Below, piece by piece: positions 12,602-25,310 of a stretch of 64,000 nucleotides of DNA. Position 1 is the stretch's first letter, and every line of letters begins with the position of its first letter. The stretch covers positions 124,001-188,000 of the forward strand of contig NW_027251778.1 in the NCBI RefSeq assembly GCF_044704955.1, in the 5' to 3' direction. This DNA is from Pristiophorus japonicus. Its lineage: Eukaryota. The notes under the pieces are model-generated. The model worked only from the letters and a program-made list of their open reading frames with translations, searched no databases and was not told the DNA's origin. A program made the translations under genes and the position numbers.

Positions 12602-13209
12602 CCACCATGGCAGGAAACACCTGTGGATGGTGAGCCCTGTCGCGTTTATTCTGCACAGCGAATGTGGTTTTGACAAGCAGAGACGGGTTCGAGTTAAAGT
12701 GAGAGATTAGGTGTAGAGGCACTGGAGAAGGTTCAAAGACAGATTAACAGGGATAACACCAGAATTGAGAGTTTCAAACTATCATGAGAGTCTGAACAGG
12801 CTGGGGCTGTTGTGTCCTGAAAAGAGAAGGCTGAGGGGTGAACCTGTCAGAGGTCTTTACAGATTAACAATGTGTTTTATAGGGTAGGGCGTAGAGAAGC
12901 AAGGTAGAAAGATAGGGAGATAGAAAGAATGGAAGATAGGAAGAATAAAAGAAAGAATGGAAGATAGAAAGAAACACAGAAAGAAGGAATGAAAGAATGT
13001 AGCAGCAAAAAGAGTAGGAAAGAACGATATAGAAAATAAAGACAGATAGAAAGGCAGAACGATAGTTTAAATAAAAGAACGAATTTTTAGAAAGTTGGAA
13101 TGCAAGTAAAATACTTTTCTAAACACAGACAGTGTGTTTTCTATCTTCACAGGGACAGTAGAGGCCGCTCGAGACCATGAAATCCATCAGTGCCCAGGAA
13201 ATGGTTCAC

Positions 13210-13980
13210 AATAGGAACATAGGGACAGGAGGAGACCCATTCAGCCCCTCGGACCTGATACACAGGGACAGGAGGAGGCCCATTCAGCTCCTCGAGCCTG
13301 TCACACAGGAACAGGAGGAGGCCCATTCAGCCCCTCGAGCCTGTTACACAGGAACAGGAGGAGGCCCATTCAGCTCCTCGAGCCTGTCACACAGGAACAC
13401 GAGGAGGCCCATTCAGCTCCTCGAGCCTGTTACACAGGAACAGGAGGAGGCCCATTCAGCTCCTCGAGCCTGTTACACAGGAACAGGAGGAGGCCCATTC
13501 AGCTCCTCGAGCCTGTCACACAGGAACAGGAGGAGGCCCATTCAGCTCCTCGAGCCTGTTACACAGGAACAGGAGGAGGCCCATTCAGCCCCTCGAGCCT
13601 GTTACACAGGAACAGGAGGAGACCCATTGAGCCCCTCGAGCCTGTTACACAGGAACAGGAGGAGACCCATTCAGCCCCACGAGCCTGTCACACAGGAACA
13701 GGAGAAGGCCCATTCAGCCCCTCGAGCCTGTTACGCAGGAACATGAGGAGGCCAATTCAGCCCCTCGAGCCTTTTACAGAGGAACAGAAGCCCCATTCAG
13801 CCACTCTAATCTGTTACACAGGAAGCGGACGCTCATTCAGCCCTCTAATCTGTTACACAGGAACAGGAGCAGGGTATTCAGCGTTTCAAGCATGTAACGC
13901 AGGTACAGGAGGAGGCCCAGTCAGCCCTTCGACCCTGTTACATAGGAACAGGAGGAGGCCATTCAGCCCCTCGAACATAC
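13210..13980. repeat. 43-bp minisatellite array
   Basis: Same unit, followed by CR1 remnant. Confidence 0.92.
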
Positions 13981-14508
13981 TGCCCAACCAGTTATATCAT
14001 GGTCGATAATTATTTATCTCTTTTGCCCCATATCACGCCCATACCCAACCAAAACTGTACCAACTTCTGTCGTGAACCCTGACATTGAGCCGAGGCTGAA
14101 CTGCTTTTGGAGGAGAGAATTCCAAGTTCCCACTACTCTTTGTGTGAAGAAATGGTTTCTGATGCAATGCCTGAACGGCCTGACTCTAATTTTAAGTCAC
14201 TTACCATTCCTTCTGGAGTCCCCGACTGGAGTAAATTGATTCTCTCCATCGACCATATCAACATATTTTAATGGTTTACAAACCTCATTCAGTTCACCGC
14301 CGAATCTCCTGTAGTCAATGTAATACACGCCACGTTGATGCAACCTGTCCTCTTCCAATCATGGTCAACCAGGGAGGGAGGGGCTTTGTCTGTCAATCTG
14401 AGAGGGAGGGCTTTTTCTGTCAATCTGAGAGCGAGGGGCGAGGCCCTCACACACTCCCCCCTCCTGTTCTCAATCCTTTCATTATTGAGGGAAAACTTCA
14501 AGTCAATG

Positions 14509-15043
14509 ATGTATCAGTTAATGGTCTTGTTTCAGCGTAAGGGAAGTTTACAAAATATAAGTCTTNNNNNNNNNNNNNNNNNNNNNNNNNNNNNNNNNNN
14601 NNNNNNNNNNNNNNNNNNNNNNNNNNNNNNNNNNNNNNNNNNNNNNNNNNNNNNNNNNNNNNNNNNNNNNNNNNNNNNNNNNNNNNNNNNNNNNNNNNCA
14701 GAATGTCCCTCTTTACTAATCGCCTCCTCTCCCCGTCTCTTTCCCAGACGTGAGCTCACAGACCATCCGCCAGACTGTGGCCGCTGTCTCCAGATTTCCC
14801 GGGGAGTGAGTGGAATTGAAATGCACTATGGAGGGAGCAAGCACCCCTTACATGTACTGGTACAGACAGGACCCGGGGAAGGGGCCGCAGTTTATGTTTA
14901 TCTCCCAAATTGTACAAAGTGTGAATGCAGTGGGGCCGGTGGATGGCTTTACCGCCCAGTGACCGACTGGCAAGGAGTTTAACCTGAAGTCCTCCGGCCT
15001 CTGGGTGGATTATGCGGCCATGTATTACTGCGCCTGGAGTCCG
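14509..15043 (+). pseudogene. TRBV: TCR beta V pseudogene V3, family A; leader 14509-14536, V exon 14748-15043
   Basis: The leader lacks 9 nt relative to V1/V2. In-frame TGA stops at 14807-14809 and 14960-14962; otherwise colinear with V2. Confidence 0.9.
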
Positions 15044-15082
15044 CACAGTGACTCAGGGAGATGGAGGGGACCGACAGAAACC
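15044..15082 (+). other. 23-RSS of V3
   Basis: CACAGTG-23-ACAGAAACC. Confidence 0.9.
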
Positions 15083-15409
15083 CCACCATGGCAGGCAACA
15101 TCTGTGGGAGATAGATGTGACTCATGGTATATCTAAGTCTATTTACCCATTTGTCCATCTAACTGTCTCTTTGTCTGTCCGTCTGTCGCTATGCATCTGT
15201 CCATCTGTCCATCATCCCTCCATCCATCATCCCTCCATCCATCATCCCTCCATCCATCCATTCATCCATTCACTCATTATCTATCTCTGTTTATTTACAT
15301 AATATATGTATGTATATATATATATATATATACACATCTCTGTTTACATCTATCTATCCATCTATATCAATGTCCATCCATCTATCTATCTTTCTATCTG
15401 TCTGTCTGC

Positions 15410-15416
15410 CTGCCTT

Positions 15417-15507
<91 letters not shown>

Positions 15508-15510
15508 GTC
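15410..15510. repeat. (TCTA)n microsatellite
   Basis: Direct. Confidence 0.95.
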
Positions 15511-15574
15511 CCTCTGTCTGCCTGCCTGTATATGCGTCTGTCCATCTGTTCGTCGATCCATCCGTCCATTTATA

Positions 15575-15830
15575 GAAACATAGAAACATAGAAAATAGTT
15601 GCAGGAGTAGGCTATTCGGCCCTTCGAGCCTGCACCGCCATTCAATGAGTTAATAGCTGAACATGCAACGTTAGTATGTCATTCCCGCTTTCTCGCCATA
15701 CCCCTTGATTTCCCCTTGTAGTAAGGACTACATCTAACTCCTTTTTGAATATATTTAGTGAATTGGCCTCAACAACATTCTGTGGTAGAGAATTTCACAG
15801 GTTCACCACTCTCTGGGAGAAGAAGTTTCG
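15575..15830 (-). mobile_element. CR1 LINE 3' fragment
   Basis: Tail (atagaaac)n and reverse of FFSQRVVNL. Confidence 0.8.
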
Positions 15831-17221
15831 TTATCTATCATATATATATATATTCATCTCTCTATACATCTATCTATCCATCTATNNNNNNNNNNNNNNN
15901 NNNNNNNNNNNNNNNNNNNNNNNNNNNNNNNNNNNNNNNNNNNNNNNNNNNNNNNNNNNNNNNNNNNNNNNNNNNNNNNNNNNNNNNNNNNNNNNNNNNN
16001 NNNNNNNNNNNNNNNNNNCTATATCTGCAGTTGGACACACTCGCAGAGTAGATGAACGTAAAACATAATGGTCACCAGGGGGAAGCAGTGATCACATTTA
16101 CGCACATTTGTTGCTCTCGTGTCATTGAGATGAAATGAAAGAATAAACCGTAGCTCGAAATAAAGAAAGTTTCATTGGATGAAAGAGAGACAAAAGTTGA
16201 AGTAACGGAATTAAAAAGGAAAGTAAGCGAATAGGAATGCAAGGAAAGGGTTTAGAATAAAAAGGACCAAGAAAGAAGGAAATAATGTAAGAAAGAGAAA
16301 GAGGAAATGATAGTGAAAGGAAGAAAAAAGGAGCGAAGGAATGAAAGCAACAAAGAAATCCAGAAATAACTTCAACGAGCAGGAGAGGGATAGACAGATA
16401 AATAATGAAAGGTAAAGCAAGGAAGAATTAAGGAATAAATGTCGAGAGTTTGATTCGATGAAAGGAAACAGGATTTACATAAAGAATGACAGAAATACAT
16501 TAATGACAATATGATAGAAAGCACGAAACACAGACAGAAAGATGGAAGAAAAGGGCAGAAAGTAAGACGGTTCGAAAGAACTAAAGAACGAGAGAGAACA
16601 AAAGAAAGATAGAAAGATAGAATGAAACAAAGAAGGAAAGGAAGAAAAGAAATAGGGAAAGAAAGAGAGACGAAAATAAGTATAGAAAGAAACAGAGAAA
16701 GAAAAAGAGAAAGAAAGAAGGAAAGAGAATTTAGAGTGAGAGAAAGCCGGAAGGGTAAAGAAGGAGAGAATGAAATAAAGGAAGTTAGAAAGAAGGATGG
16801 CAAGAGAGAATGAAAGTCAGGAGGAAAGAAAGAAGGATAGAAGGAGAGAATGAAAGCAAGCAGGAAAGAAAGAGAGAATGAAAGAAAGAGCTCTCCTTTA
16901 CTGATTAGATACAGAGTAAAGCATATAATTTACAGGTTGGATACAGAGTAAAGCCTCCGTGTTGTTGTGGGTTTAAGGAACCCCAGACTCTACCATCAAA
17001 GGGAGGAGACTGGGCGCCGATTACCCAGAGTCCCCATTAGCCCCGCCCCGGGAATGAGCAGTCCCGATGAGGGAGCCAATAAACTGGTGAAGAGAGATTG
17101 GCCCCTCCCACTTGCATATTCACCATGAAGAGCAGCGGGTCAGTAAATGCCACAGTGCCCAGGACTGTGAGATATTCTGAGGTTGCACACCGAGAACCCC
17201 CGGATCTCCCTCCCCCCAGAG

Positions 17222-18053
17222 ATGCCTGTGTCCCAGCTCTGGCTTGTGTTGCTGGTGTTAACGGGTCAGGTGGAGCTGGGCTGTGAGATCTCAGCGATCC
17301 TCACTTTAATTTCCCCGTGTGTCCCTTCACACCGCGGGCTGGTCCAGATTCTCTGCCCCTCGGTTTATAGCGTGTTCTCTCTCTCTCTCTTTCTCTCTTT
17401 CTCTCTCTCTGTCTCTCTCTGGCTCTCTCACTTTCTCGTTTCTATTGCTCTCTCCTCATGTGCTCCTTCTCATCCTCCGGCGGTGTGTAGATTGTCGCTC
17501 GGTTTATCTCTCTCTCTTTATCTCATTCTCTCTCTGTCTTTGCCTCTCTTTATCTCTGTCCGCCCCGCTGTCTCAGTCCCTCCCTCACTCTCCCTCTCGC
17601 TCTCTCCGTCGCGTTTTGTCTCTCTGCCTCCCTCGCCCCCTCTCTCCCTCACTCTCTTTACCCTCCTTTACCGCTTCATGGCGGGTGTTTATATGAAATT
17701 TCTCCCTGGGTTTATCGCTATCTCTAACTCTCTCTCTCTTTCTCGGTTTTACAGATGTGGGGGCCGTGCTGATCCAACAGACCCGCGCTTCCATATCCAA
17801 TTCCCTGGACACTCCGGTTAGCATCGAGTGCCTTTACACAGAAGCAACAGCTAGCTCCTATTTCTACTGGTACCGGTGGCATCCTGACCGGGAGCCTCAG
17901 AACCTTTTCATTTCCAGAAACGCCAAAATGGTCACTCCCTCCGGTGAGGTGGACGGATTCACCGCCAGGAGACCCGACAACACCCACTTCTACCTGGAGA
18001 CCTCCGGCCTGCGGGCGGATCAGGCGGCCGTGTATTACTGCACCTGGAGTCTG
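17222..18053 (+). CDS. TRBV: TCR beta V segment V4, family B; leader 17222-17264, V exon 17755-18053
   Basis: Leader MPVSQLWLVLLVLT+g with donor GTCAGG (weaker than the GTAAGG of most paralogs). Open V exon DVGAVLIQQT...SIEC...YFYWYRWHPDREP...YYCTWS. Confidence 0.8.
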
Positions 18054-18092
18054 CACAGTGACTCAGGGAGATGGAGGGGCTAGACACAAACC
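18054..18092 (+). other. 23-RSS of V4
   Basis: CACAGTG-23-ACACAAACC. Confidence 0.95.
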
Positions 18093-18659
18093 CCACCATG
18101 GCAGGAAACACCTGAGGATGGTGAGCCGTGTCGTGTTTATTCTGCAGAACCAATGTGTGTTTGACAAGCAGAGACGGGTTAGAATAAAAATGAGAGAGGT
18201 TGCAAAGAAAGATTATCAGCGATAACACCAGAATTGAGCGGTTGAAACTATCAGGAAATATTGAAGAGGCCGGGGCTGTTGTGTCCAGAAAAGAGAAGGC
18301 TGAGGGGTAAACCTGTCAGAGGTCTTTACAGATTAACAAAGTGTTTAATAAGGTTGGGCGGAGAGAAGCAAGACCGAAAAAAAGGAAGATAGAAAGAATG
18401 GAAGATCGGAAGAATAAAAGAAAGAAAGGAAGAGAGAAAGAAAGACAGAATGAAAGAATGTAACAGGAAAAGATAGAGAAAATAAAGAAAGATAAAAAGG
18501 CAGAAAGAAACTAAATCAAAAAGAACGAATTTTTAGAAAGTTGCAATGCAAGAAAATACTTTTTTAAACACTGACAGTATGATTTCTTTCTCCACAGGGA
18601 CAGTAGAGGGAGCTCTAGACCATGAAACACAACAATGCCCAGAACATGGTTCACAATAG

Positions 18660-18960
18660 GAACACAGGAACAGGAGGACGCCCATTCAATCCCTCGAGCA
18701 TGTTACACAGGAACAGGAGGAGGCCAATTCAGCCGCTCGAGCGTGCTACACATGAACAGGAGGAGGCCCATTCAGCCCCTTAAGCCTGTTACACAGGAAC
18801 AGGAAGGCTATTCAGCCCCGCGACCCTTTTACACAGGAACAGGAGGAGGCCCATTCAGCCCCTCGACCCTCTTACACAGAAACAGGAGGAGGCACATTCA
18901 GCCCCTCTAATCTGTCACACAGGAAGAGGAGGAGGCCCATTCAGCCCCTCGTGGCTGCTG
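18660..18960. repeat. 43-bp minisatellite array (short)
   Basis: Same unit. Confidence 0.88.
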
Positions 18961-19714
18961 CCCCATTCAGTTATCTCATGGTCGATCATTATTTATCTCG
19001 TTTGCCCCATATCACGCGACACCCATCCCCAAACAAACTGTACAATTATCTGTCTTGAACGCTGCCCTTGACCCCCATCCACAACCCCTTTTGGAGGAGA
19101 AAGATCCATATTGCCACTATTCTTTGTGTGAAGAAGTGGTTTCTGATGCAATGCCTTAACGGCCTATCTCTAATTTGAAGCCACTGGCCATTCCTTCTGG
19201 GGTCCCTGACCGGAGGAAATTGATTCACTCTATAGACCATATCAACCCCTTTTAATGCATTACCAACTCAATAAGCTCACCGTCGAATCTCCTATAGTCA
19301 ATCTAATACAAGCCACGTTGATGCAACCTGTCCTCTGCATTTGAAGCAGAGACGGGTTAGCATAAAAGTGAGAGAGGGTGCAAAGAAAGATTATCAGGGA
19401 TAACACCAGAATTGAGCGGTTCAAACTATCAGGAAATATTGAACAGGCCGGAACTGTTGTATCCAGAAAAGAGAAGGCTGAGGGGTGAACCTGTCAGAGG
19501 TCTTTCCAGATTTACGATGTGTTTTATAGGGTAGGGCCGAGAGAAGCAAGATAGAAAGATAGCAAGATAGAAAGAAAGGAAGAAAGGAAGAATAAAAGAA
19601 AGAAAGGAAGAAAGAGCGAAATAAATAAAGGACGACAGGACGAAAGAGGGAAAGAATGGAAGCAGATAAGAAGAGTAGGAATGAATGAAAGATAGAAAGT
19701 GAGAAGGTTACTAA

Positions 19715-20245
19715 CACATAGAACATAAGGAGATGAGAAATAGGAGCAGGAGTCGGCCATACGGCCCCTCGAGCCTGCTCCGCCATTCAATAAGATCATG
19801 GCTGATATGATCGTGGACTCAGCTCCACTTCCCCGCCCACTCCCCATAACCCTTTACTCCCTTATCGCTGAAAAATCTGTCTATCTCCGCCTTAAATATA
19901 TTCAATGACCCAGTCTCCACAGCTCTCTGGAGCGGAGTGTTCCACAGATTCTCAACCCTCATTTTTTTTCCTAAATGGACGGCCCCTTATTCTGAAAGTA
20001 TGCACCCTCGTTCTAGATTCCCCCACGAAGGGAAACATTCTTTCTGCATCTACCCTGACAAGCCCCCTCAGAATGTTATACATTTCAATAAGATCATCAC
20101 TCATTCTTCTAAACTCCAGAGTATCGGCTCAGTCTACACAATCTCTCATCATAAGAGAGCCCTCCCATTCCAGGAATCCATCTTGTGAACCTCCGTGGCA
20201 CCGTCTCCAAGGCATGTATATCCTTCCTTAGTACAGTAGACCAAA
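19715..20245 (-). mobile_element. CR1 LINE 3' fragment
   Basis: Tail aacataaga, terminal stem-loop and degraded RT C-terminus. Confidence 0.8.
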
Positions 20246-21300
20246 CCTCTCTCTCTATCTGCATATTTCTTTCCCTCTCTCTGTTGCAGTTTCTCTATCT
20301 CTCTGATCTCTCCCTCTCTGTATCATTTTCTCTCCCTCCCTTTCTGTATCACCGTCCCTCCTGTTCTGTTCGTGCCCCTCTCTCTCTCATCCTCTCTCTC
20401 TCCCTCTCTCTCCCATGCTCTCTCTCTCATCCTCTCTCACTCTCTCTCTCTCGCATGACCTCTCTCTCTCATCATCTGACTCTCTCTCACTCTCTCTCTT
20501 TCCCATCCTCTCTCTCTCATCCTCTAACACTCTCTCTCCCTCTCTCTCTAATCATCTCTCTCTCATCCTCTCATGCTCTCTGCTCCTCTCTCTCCCTCTC
20601 TTTCTCCCTCTCTCTCCTCCTCTCTCTCACACTCTCTCTCATCCTCCTCTCTCTTTCTCCCATCCTCTCTCCCTCTCATCCTCTCACTCTCTCATCTTTC
20701 TCCCCCTCTCTCTCCAATCCTCTCTCTCCCTTTCGCGCTCTCGCTCTCCCTCTCTCTCCTCCTCTCTCCCTCTCTCCCTCCCATCCTCACTCTGTACTCC
20801 TCTTCCTCCCTATTCTCTTCTCTCTCCCTCTCTCTCTCGCTCCCTCTCTCTCTCTCTCAATCTCTATCTCCTCATCTCTCCCTCTCTCGCCCATCCTCAT
20901 TCTCTACTCCTCTCACTCTCTCTCCTCCTCTCTCTCTTCCTCCCTCTCTCCCTCTCTCTCTCATCCTCTCACGCTCTCTCCTCTCTCTCGCCCTCTCTCT
21001 CTTTCATCCTCTCTCTCCCTCTCAATCTCTCTATCTCCATTTTTCTCTACTCCTCTATCCCCCTCTCTCCCATCCTCCCTCTCTCATACTCTCACTCTCC
21101 CTCTCTCCTCTCTCTCCCTCTCTCTGTCCCATTATCCCACTCATCATCTCTCTCCCTCTCTCTCTGCCATTCTCTCTCTCTCTCTCATCCTCTCACTCTC
21201 CCACCCCCCTCTCACTCCCTTTCTCTTATCCTCTCACTCTCTATCCTCTATCTCTCTCCTCCTCTCTCTCTCTCTCCTCTCTCTCCCTCTGTCTCTCCCA
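20245..21300. repeat. CT-rich low-complexity tract
   Basis: Direct. Confidence 0.92.
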
Positions 21301-21560
21301 CAGTAATCCAAGTGCATCCTACTAATGGAGGAGTACGCCGCGTTTTATATCCAGTCGTCCTATGGATACGCCCAATAGCCTATTTGTGCCAACTATCGCT
21401 TCACGCTGTTGCTGGTGTCGTTCGCTAACGCTCCAGTGAAGCGCGCCGGGACGTTGAAGGTGCTATATAGATGTATTATGGTGCTGTTGTTGTTGATGTA
21501 GATTCATTCTTATCGATCGAGTATTTTAGGTCGAGACCCAAGCGGAATTTCAGTAGGCTT

Positions 21561-21696
21561 TGACATCACATGGACTGACACACATTCTATCGGCCAGTGT
21601 AATCTTACATAATAACATGAATTATGGCGACGTCATTGGGGAAATGACATCACTTCCGGGGACTCTGTTTCGGGTGCACACCTGGATGATGCGTCA
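21561..21696 (+). promoter_or_regulatory. Putative V5 promoter with CRE/ATF-like and ETS motifs
   Basis: TGACATCA at 21561, GACGTCA ~21629, TGACATCACTTCCGG 21645-21659 and TGCGTCA ~21690, all within ~210 nt of the ATG. Mammalian TRBV promoters carry a CRE-like decamer. Confidence 0.65.
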
Positions 21697-21767
21697 GTCA
21701 GGATCGGAGGCACTCGGTGTGAGAAAGCGATTATTCCACCAATCAATCCGGCCACTTCCAGTCAATA

Positions 21768-23298
21768 ATGCAAATAGCGTTCCTTGTATCTACTCTTCCA
21801 CTTTTCCTGTTGGGTAAGTAGCCTGAAATCACATCGGATTATTTTTTTAGAGCGATGTGTTGCATTCGAGAGTAGACTTCACTAAACTAGCAAGGTTCGA
21901 AGTGTGGCTGAGTGGTTCGAAATTCGTCTGTGGCTTTTCGCATTGACAGAGTTAAAGATGAGGCTAAGACCCAGGGAATATAGATAGTCTAAGTGAGTGG
22001 GCAAGAACCTGGCGAATGGAATATCATGTGGTGAAATGTGAAGTTATCCACTTTGGCAGGAAAAATAGAAAAGCCGAGTATTTTTTAAACAATGAGAGAC
22101 TGGGAAATGTTGGTGTTCAGAGGGACCTGGGTGTCCGTGAACACCATTCACTGAAAGGTAACATGCAGCTACAACAAGCGTTTAAGAAAGCAAATGGTAT
22201 GTTGGCCTTTATTACAAGAGGATTTGAGTATATGAGTGAAGTCGGCTTACTGCAATTATATCAGGCTCTGGTGAGACCGCACCTGGAATATTGTGTGCAG
22301 TTTTGCTCTCCTTACCTAAGCAAGGATATGCGTACCATAGAGGGAGTGCAACAAAGGTTCACCAGACTGATTCCTGGGATGGGGGGATTGTCCTATGAGG
22401 TGAGATTGAGCAGACTAGGCCGATATTCTCTGGAGATCAGAAAAATGAGAGGTGATCTCCTTGAAACCTACAAAATTATTACAGGTATTGGCAGGGTAGA
22501 TACAGTTAGGATGTTTCCCCAGGCTGGGGTGTCTAGAACCAGAGGTCGAACAGTCTCAGAATAAGGGGTCGGCCATTTAGGACTGAGATGGTGAGGAAGT
22601 TCTTCACTCAATGGCTGGTGAATCTTTGGGATTCTGTAACCGAGCCAGCTGTGGAGGCTCTGTCTTTGAGTATATTCGAGACAGAGATAGATTTTTGGAT
22701 AGTAAGCGAATCGAGGGATCGGGCGGGAAATTAGAGTTGAGGTAGATGATCAGCCATGATCTCATTGGATGTCGGTGCAACTCGAGGGGCCGAATGGCCG
22801 ACTCCTGCTCCTGATTCTTATGTTCTTATCCTATTTAATGTTGGGTGTGGGGAAAGGACTGGGAAAAGGGCATGGGGAGGGGAGTGGGTCTAACTGGACA
22901 GCCCAACCAACGACCTGGTACAGGCACGATGGGCCGAAGGGCCTCATTCCCTGCAATTGGATTTGATGAATTCACTTCATTTGTTTTGTTTGTAGATTTA
23001 ACACACGGGTTGCGGCCGCTGCAAAGCCCCCTCACACTGGTGGTTGCAGAAAACAAGCTTGCAACAATAAGTTGCTATGAAGATGCCTCAACTCCTCAAT
23101 CGATGCTCTGGTACAGTCAACCCGCCGGCCAGGGTCTGGTGTTAATCGGCTACATTCAGGTCGGAGGAACGATTCATTACGAGGATAAGGATCAAACCCG
23201 CTTTGAAATTACAGGAAACGGCGAAAGAAACTCTGCTCTGAAGCTTCCCAGAGCCGCCCCTGCCGACACGGCCGTGTATTACTGTGCTACGTGTACTG
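21768..23298 (+). CDS. TRBV: TCR beta V segment V5, family C (single copy); leader 21768-21813, V exon 22996-23298
   Basis: Leader MQIAFLVSTLPLFLL+g|GTAAGT, acceptor ttgtAG. V exon DLTHGLRPLQSP...ISC...MLWYSQPAGQGLVLIGY...DTAVYYCATCT. The intron carries a CR1 fragment. Confidence 0.85.
21960..22830 (+). mobile_element. CR1 LINE 3' fragment inside the V5 intron
   Basis: KCEVIHFGRKN..QRDLGV..LVRPHLEYCVQF..MRGDL plus tail. Confidence 0.9.
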
Positions 23299-23337
23299 CA
23301 CAGTGTTACAGACACTGTGAACGTCCGATCAAAAACC
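23299..23337 (+). other. 23-RSS of V5
   Basis: CACAGTG-23-TCAAAAACC. Confidence 0.9.
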
Positions 23338-23414
23338 TCCCGCCAGGCTCAGGGTGAAAAAGTAAAGAAATAACTTGCATTTGTGTCGCGCCTTCTATGA
23401 CCTCTCAAGACGCC

Positions 23415-23715
23415 AGATGTTCCCCCCTGGCTGGGGAGTCTAGAACCAGGGGTCACAGTCTCAGAGTCAGGGGTCGGACATTTCGGACTGAGATGAGGAG
23501 GAATTTCTTCTCTCAGAGGGTGGTGAATCTTTGGAATTCTCTACCCCAGAGGTCTGCGGAGGCTCAGTCGTTGAGTCCATTCAAGGTTGAGACCGATAGA
23601 TTTTTGAATATTAAGGGAATCGAGCAATATGGGGAGAGTGCAGGAAGGTGGAGTTGAGGTAGAAGATCAGCCATCATCTCATTGGATGATGGAACAGGCT
23701 CCAGGGGCCAATATA
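23415..23715 (+). mobile_element. CR1 LINE 3' fragment
   Basis: ESRTRGHSLRVRG..RRNFFSQRVVNLWNSLPQ. Confidence 0.85.
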
Positions 23716-24209
23716 AAGACCATCCCATTGGAACTTTGGATCCCTTTCTGCAGCTGTCTCCTGGGATTTAGGGATTTGTACACCTGATAAAAGCATTACC
23801 TTTGTTCCTTCACATATCCCAGCCTCACACCAGTTAGAAACACTCTGATCTTCCTTCCTCAGGCTCAACCTGGCTCTCCTCACTCTCGGCCACCTTGACA
23901 TCTACCAGTCACTGATTATCTCATTCACCCAATCAGTATTGGGTACTTTTGCAACTTCCTGTTTCCCATCTGCTCTGCTCGCTGCCAATCAGAGAGGGAA
24001 GGGAGGGATATGTCAATCAGAGAGGGAGGAGCTGTCCGTCAGAGAGGGAGGGGCTGGGCTGTCAATCAGAGAGGGGGCGGGGCCTGCTCCACTTCCATTT
24101 GCTCTTCACATTTTGCTCAATGATTTGAAAGGAGCGGGTTGCATCCTCCGAGACTCAACGCTCTTATTTTCGCTGATTTAATTTTCAAAATTGAATCCTA
24201 AAGTGAGAG

Positions 24210-25271
24210 ATGTATCTGTTACTGGGTCTCATGATCTTATTTAAATGTAAGTGATTATTTCACGCAGTAATCGTTTTAAATATCCGTTCCTTACTGTTTC
24301 TTTCCTTCTTTCGTTCATTCTATCTTTCTCTCTTCCTTTCTTTTTCTCATTCTTTACTTCTTTACTACTTTCTTTATCTCTTTATCTCATTATTCACTTC
24401 TTTCTTTCGCCCCTTCTCTCATTCTTTACTTCTTTCTTGCTATCGTTCTTTCTTTAATTCTCTCTTTCTCTCCCTCTCTCTTTGTCTCATTCGTTGTTTC
24501 TCCATATCTTTCTTTCTAACTTTCTTNNNNNNNNNNNNNNNNNNNNNNNNNNNNNNNNNNNNNNNNNNNNNNNNNNNNNNNNNNNNNNNNNNNNNNNNNN
24601 NNNNNNNNNNNNNNNNNNNNNNNNNNNNNNNNNNNNNNNNNNNNNNNNNNNNNNNNNNNNNNNNNNNNNNNNNNNNNNNNNNNNNNNNNNNNNNNNNNNN
24701 NNNNNNNNNNNNNNNNNNNNNNNNNNNNNNNNNNNNNNNNNNNNNNNNNNNNNNNNNNNNNNNNNNNNNNNNNNNNNNNNNNNNNNNNNNNNNNNNNNNN
24801 NNNNNNNNNNNNNNNNNNNNNNNNNNNNNNNNNNNNNNNNNNNNNNNNNNNNNNNNNNNNNNNNNNNNNNNNNNNNNNNNNNNNNNNNNNNNNNNNNNNN
24901 NNNNNNNNNNNNNNNNNNNNNNNNNNNNGAATGTCCCTGTTTATTGATCACCTCCTCCCCCCGTCTCTTTCCCAGACGTGAGCTCACAGACGATCCGCCA
25001 GACTCCGGCCGCTGTCTCCAGATTTTCCGGGGAGGGAGTGGAATTAAAATGCACTGTGGAGGGAGCAAGCACCCCCGACATGTACTGGTACAGACAGGAC
25101 CCGGGGAAGGGGCCGCAGTCCATGTTTTACTCCAGCGGCACCAATCACATCAATCCAGAGGGGATGGTGGATGGTTTTACCGCCGAGCGCCGGAATGACA
25201 AGGAGTTTAACCTGAAGTCCTCCGTCCTGCGGGCGGATCAGTCGGCCGTGTATTACTGCGCCTGGAGTCTG
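24210..25271 (+). CDS. TRBV: TCR beta V segment V6, family A, apparently functional; leader 24210-24246, V exon 24976-25271
   Basis: Leader MYLLLGLMILFK+t|GTAAGT. Open V exon ending YYCAWS. Confidence 0.88.
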
Positions 25272-25310
25272 CACAGTGACTCAGGGAGATGGAGGGGCCC
25301 GACATAAACC
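25272..25310 (+). other. 23-RSS of V6
   Basis: CACAGTG-23-ACATAAACC. Confidence 0.9.
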
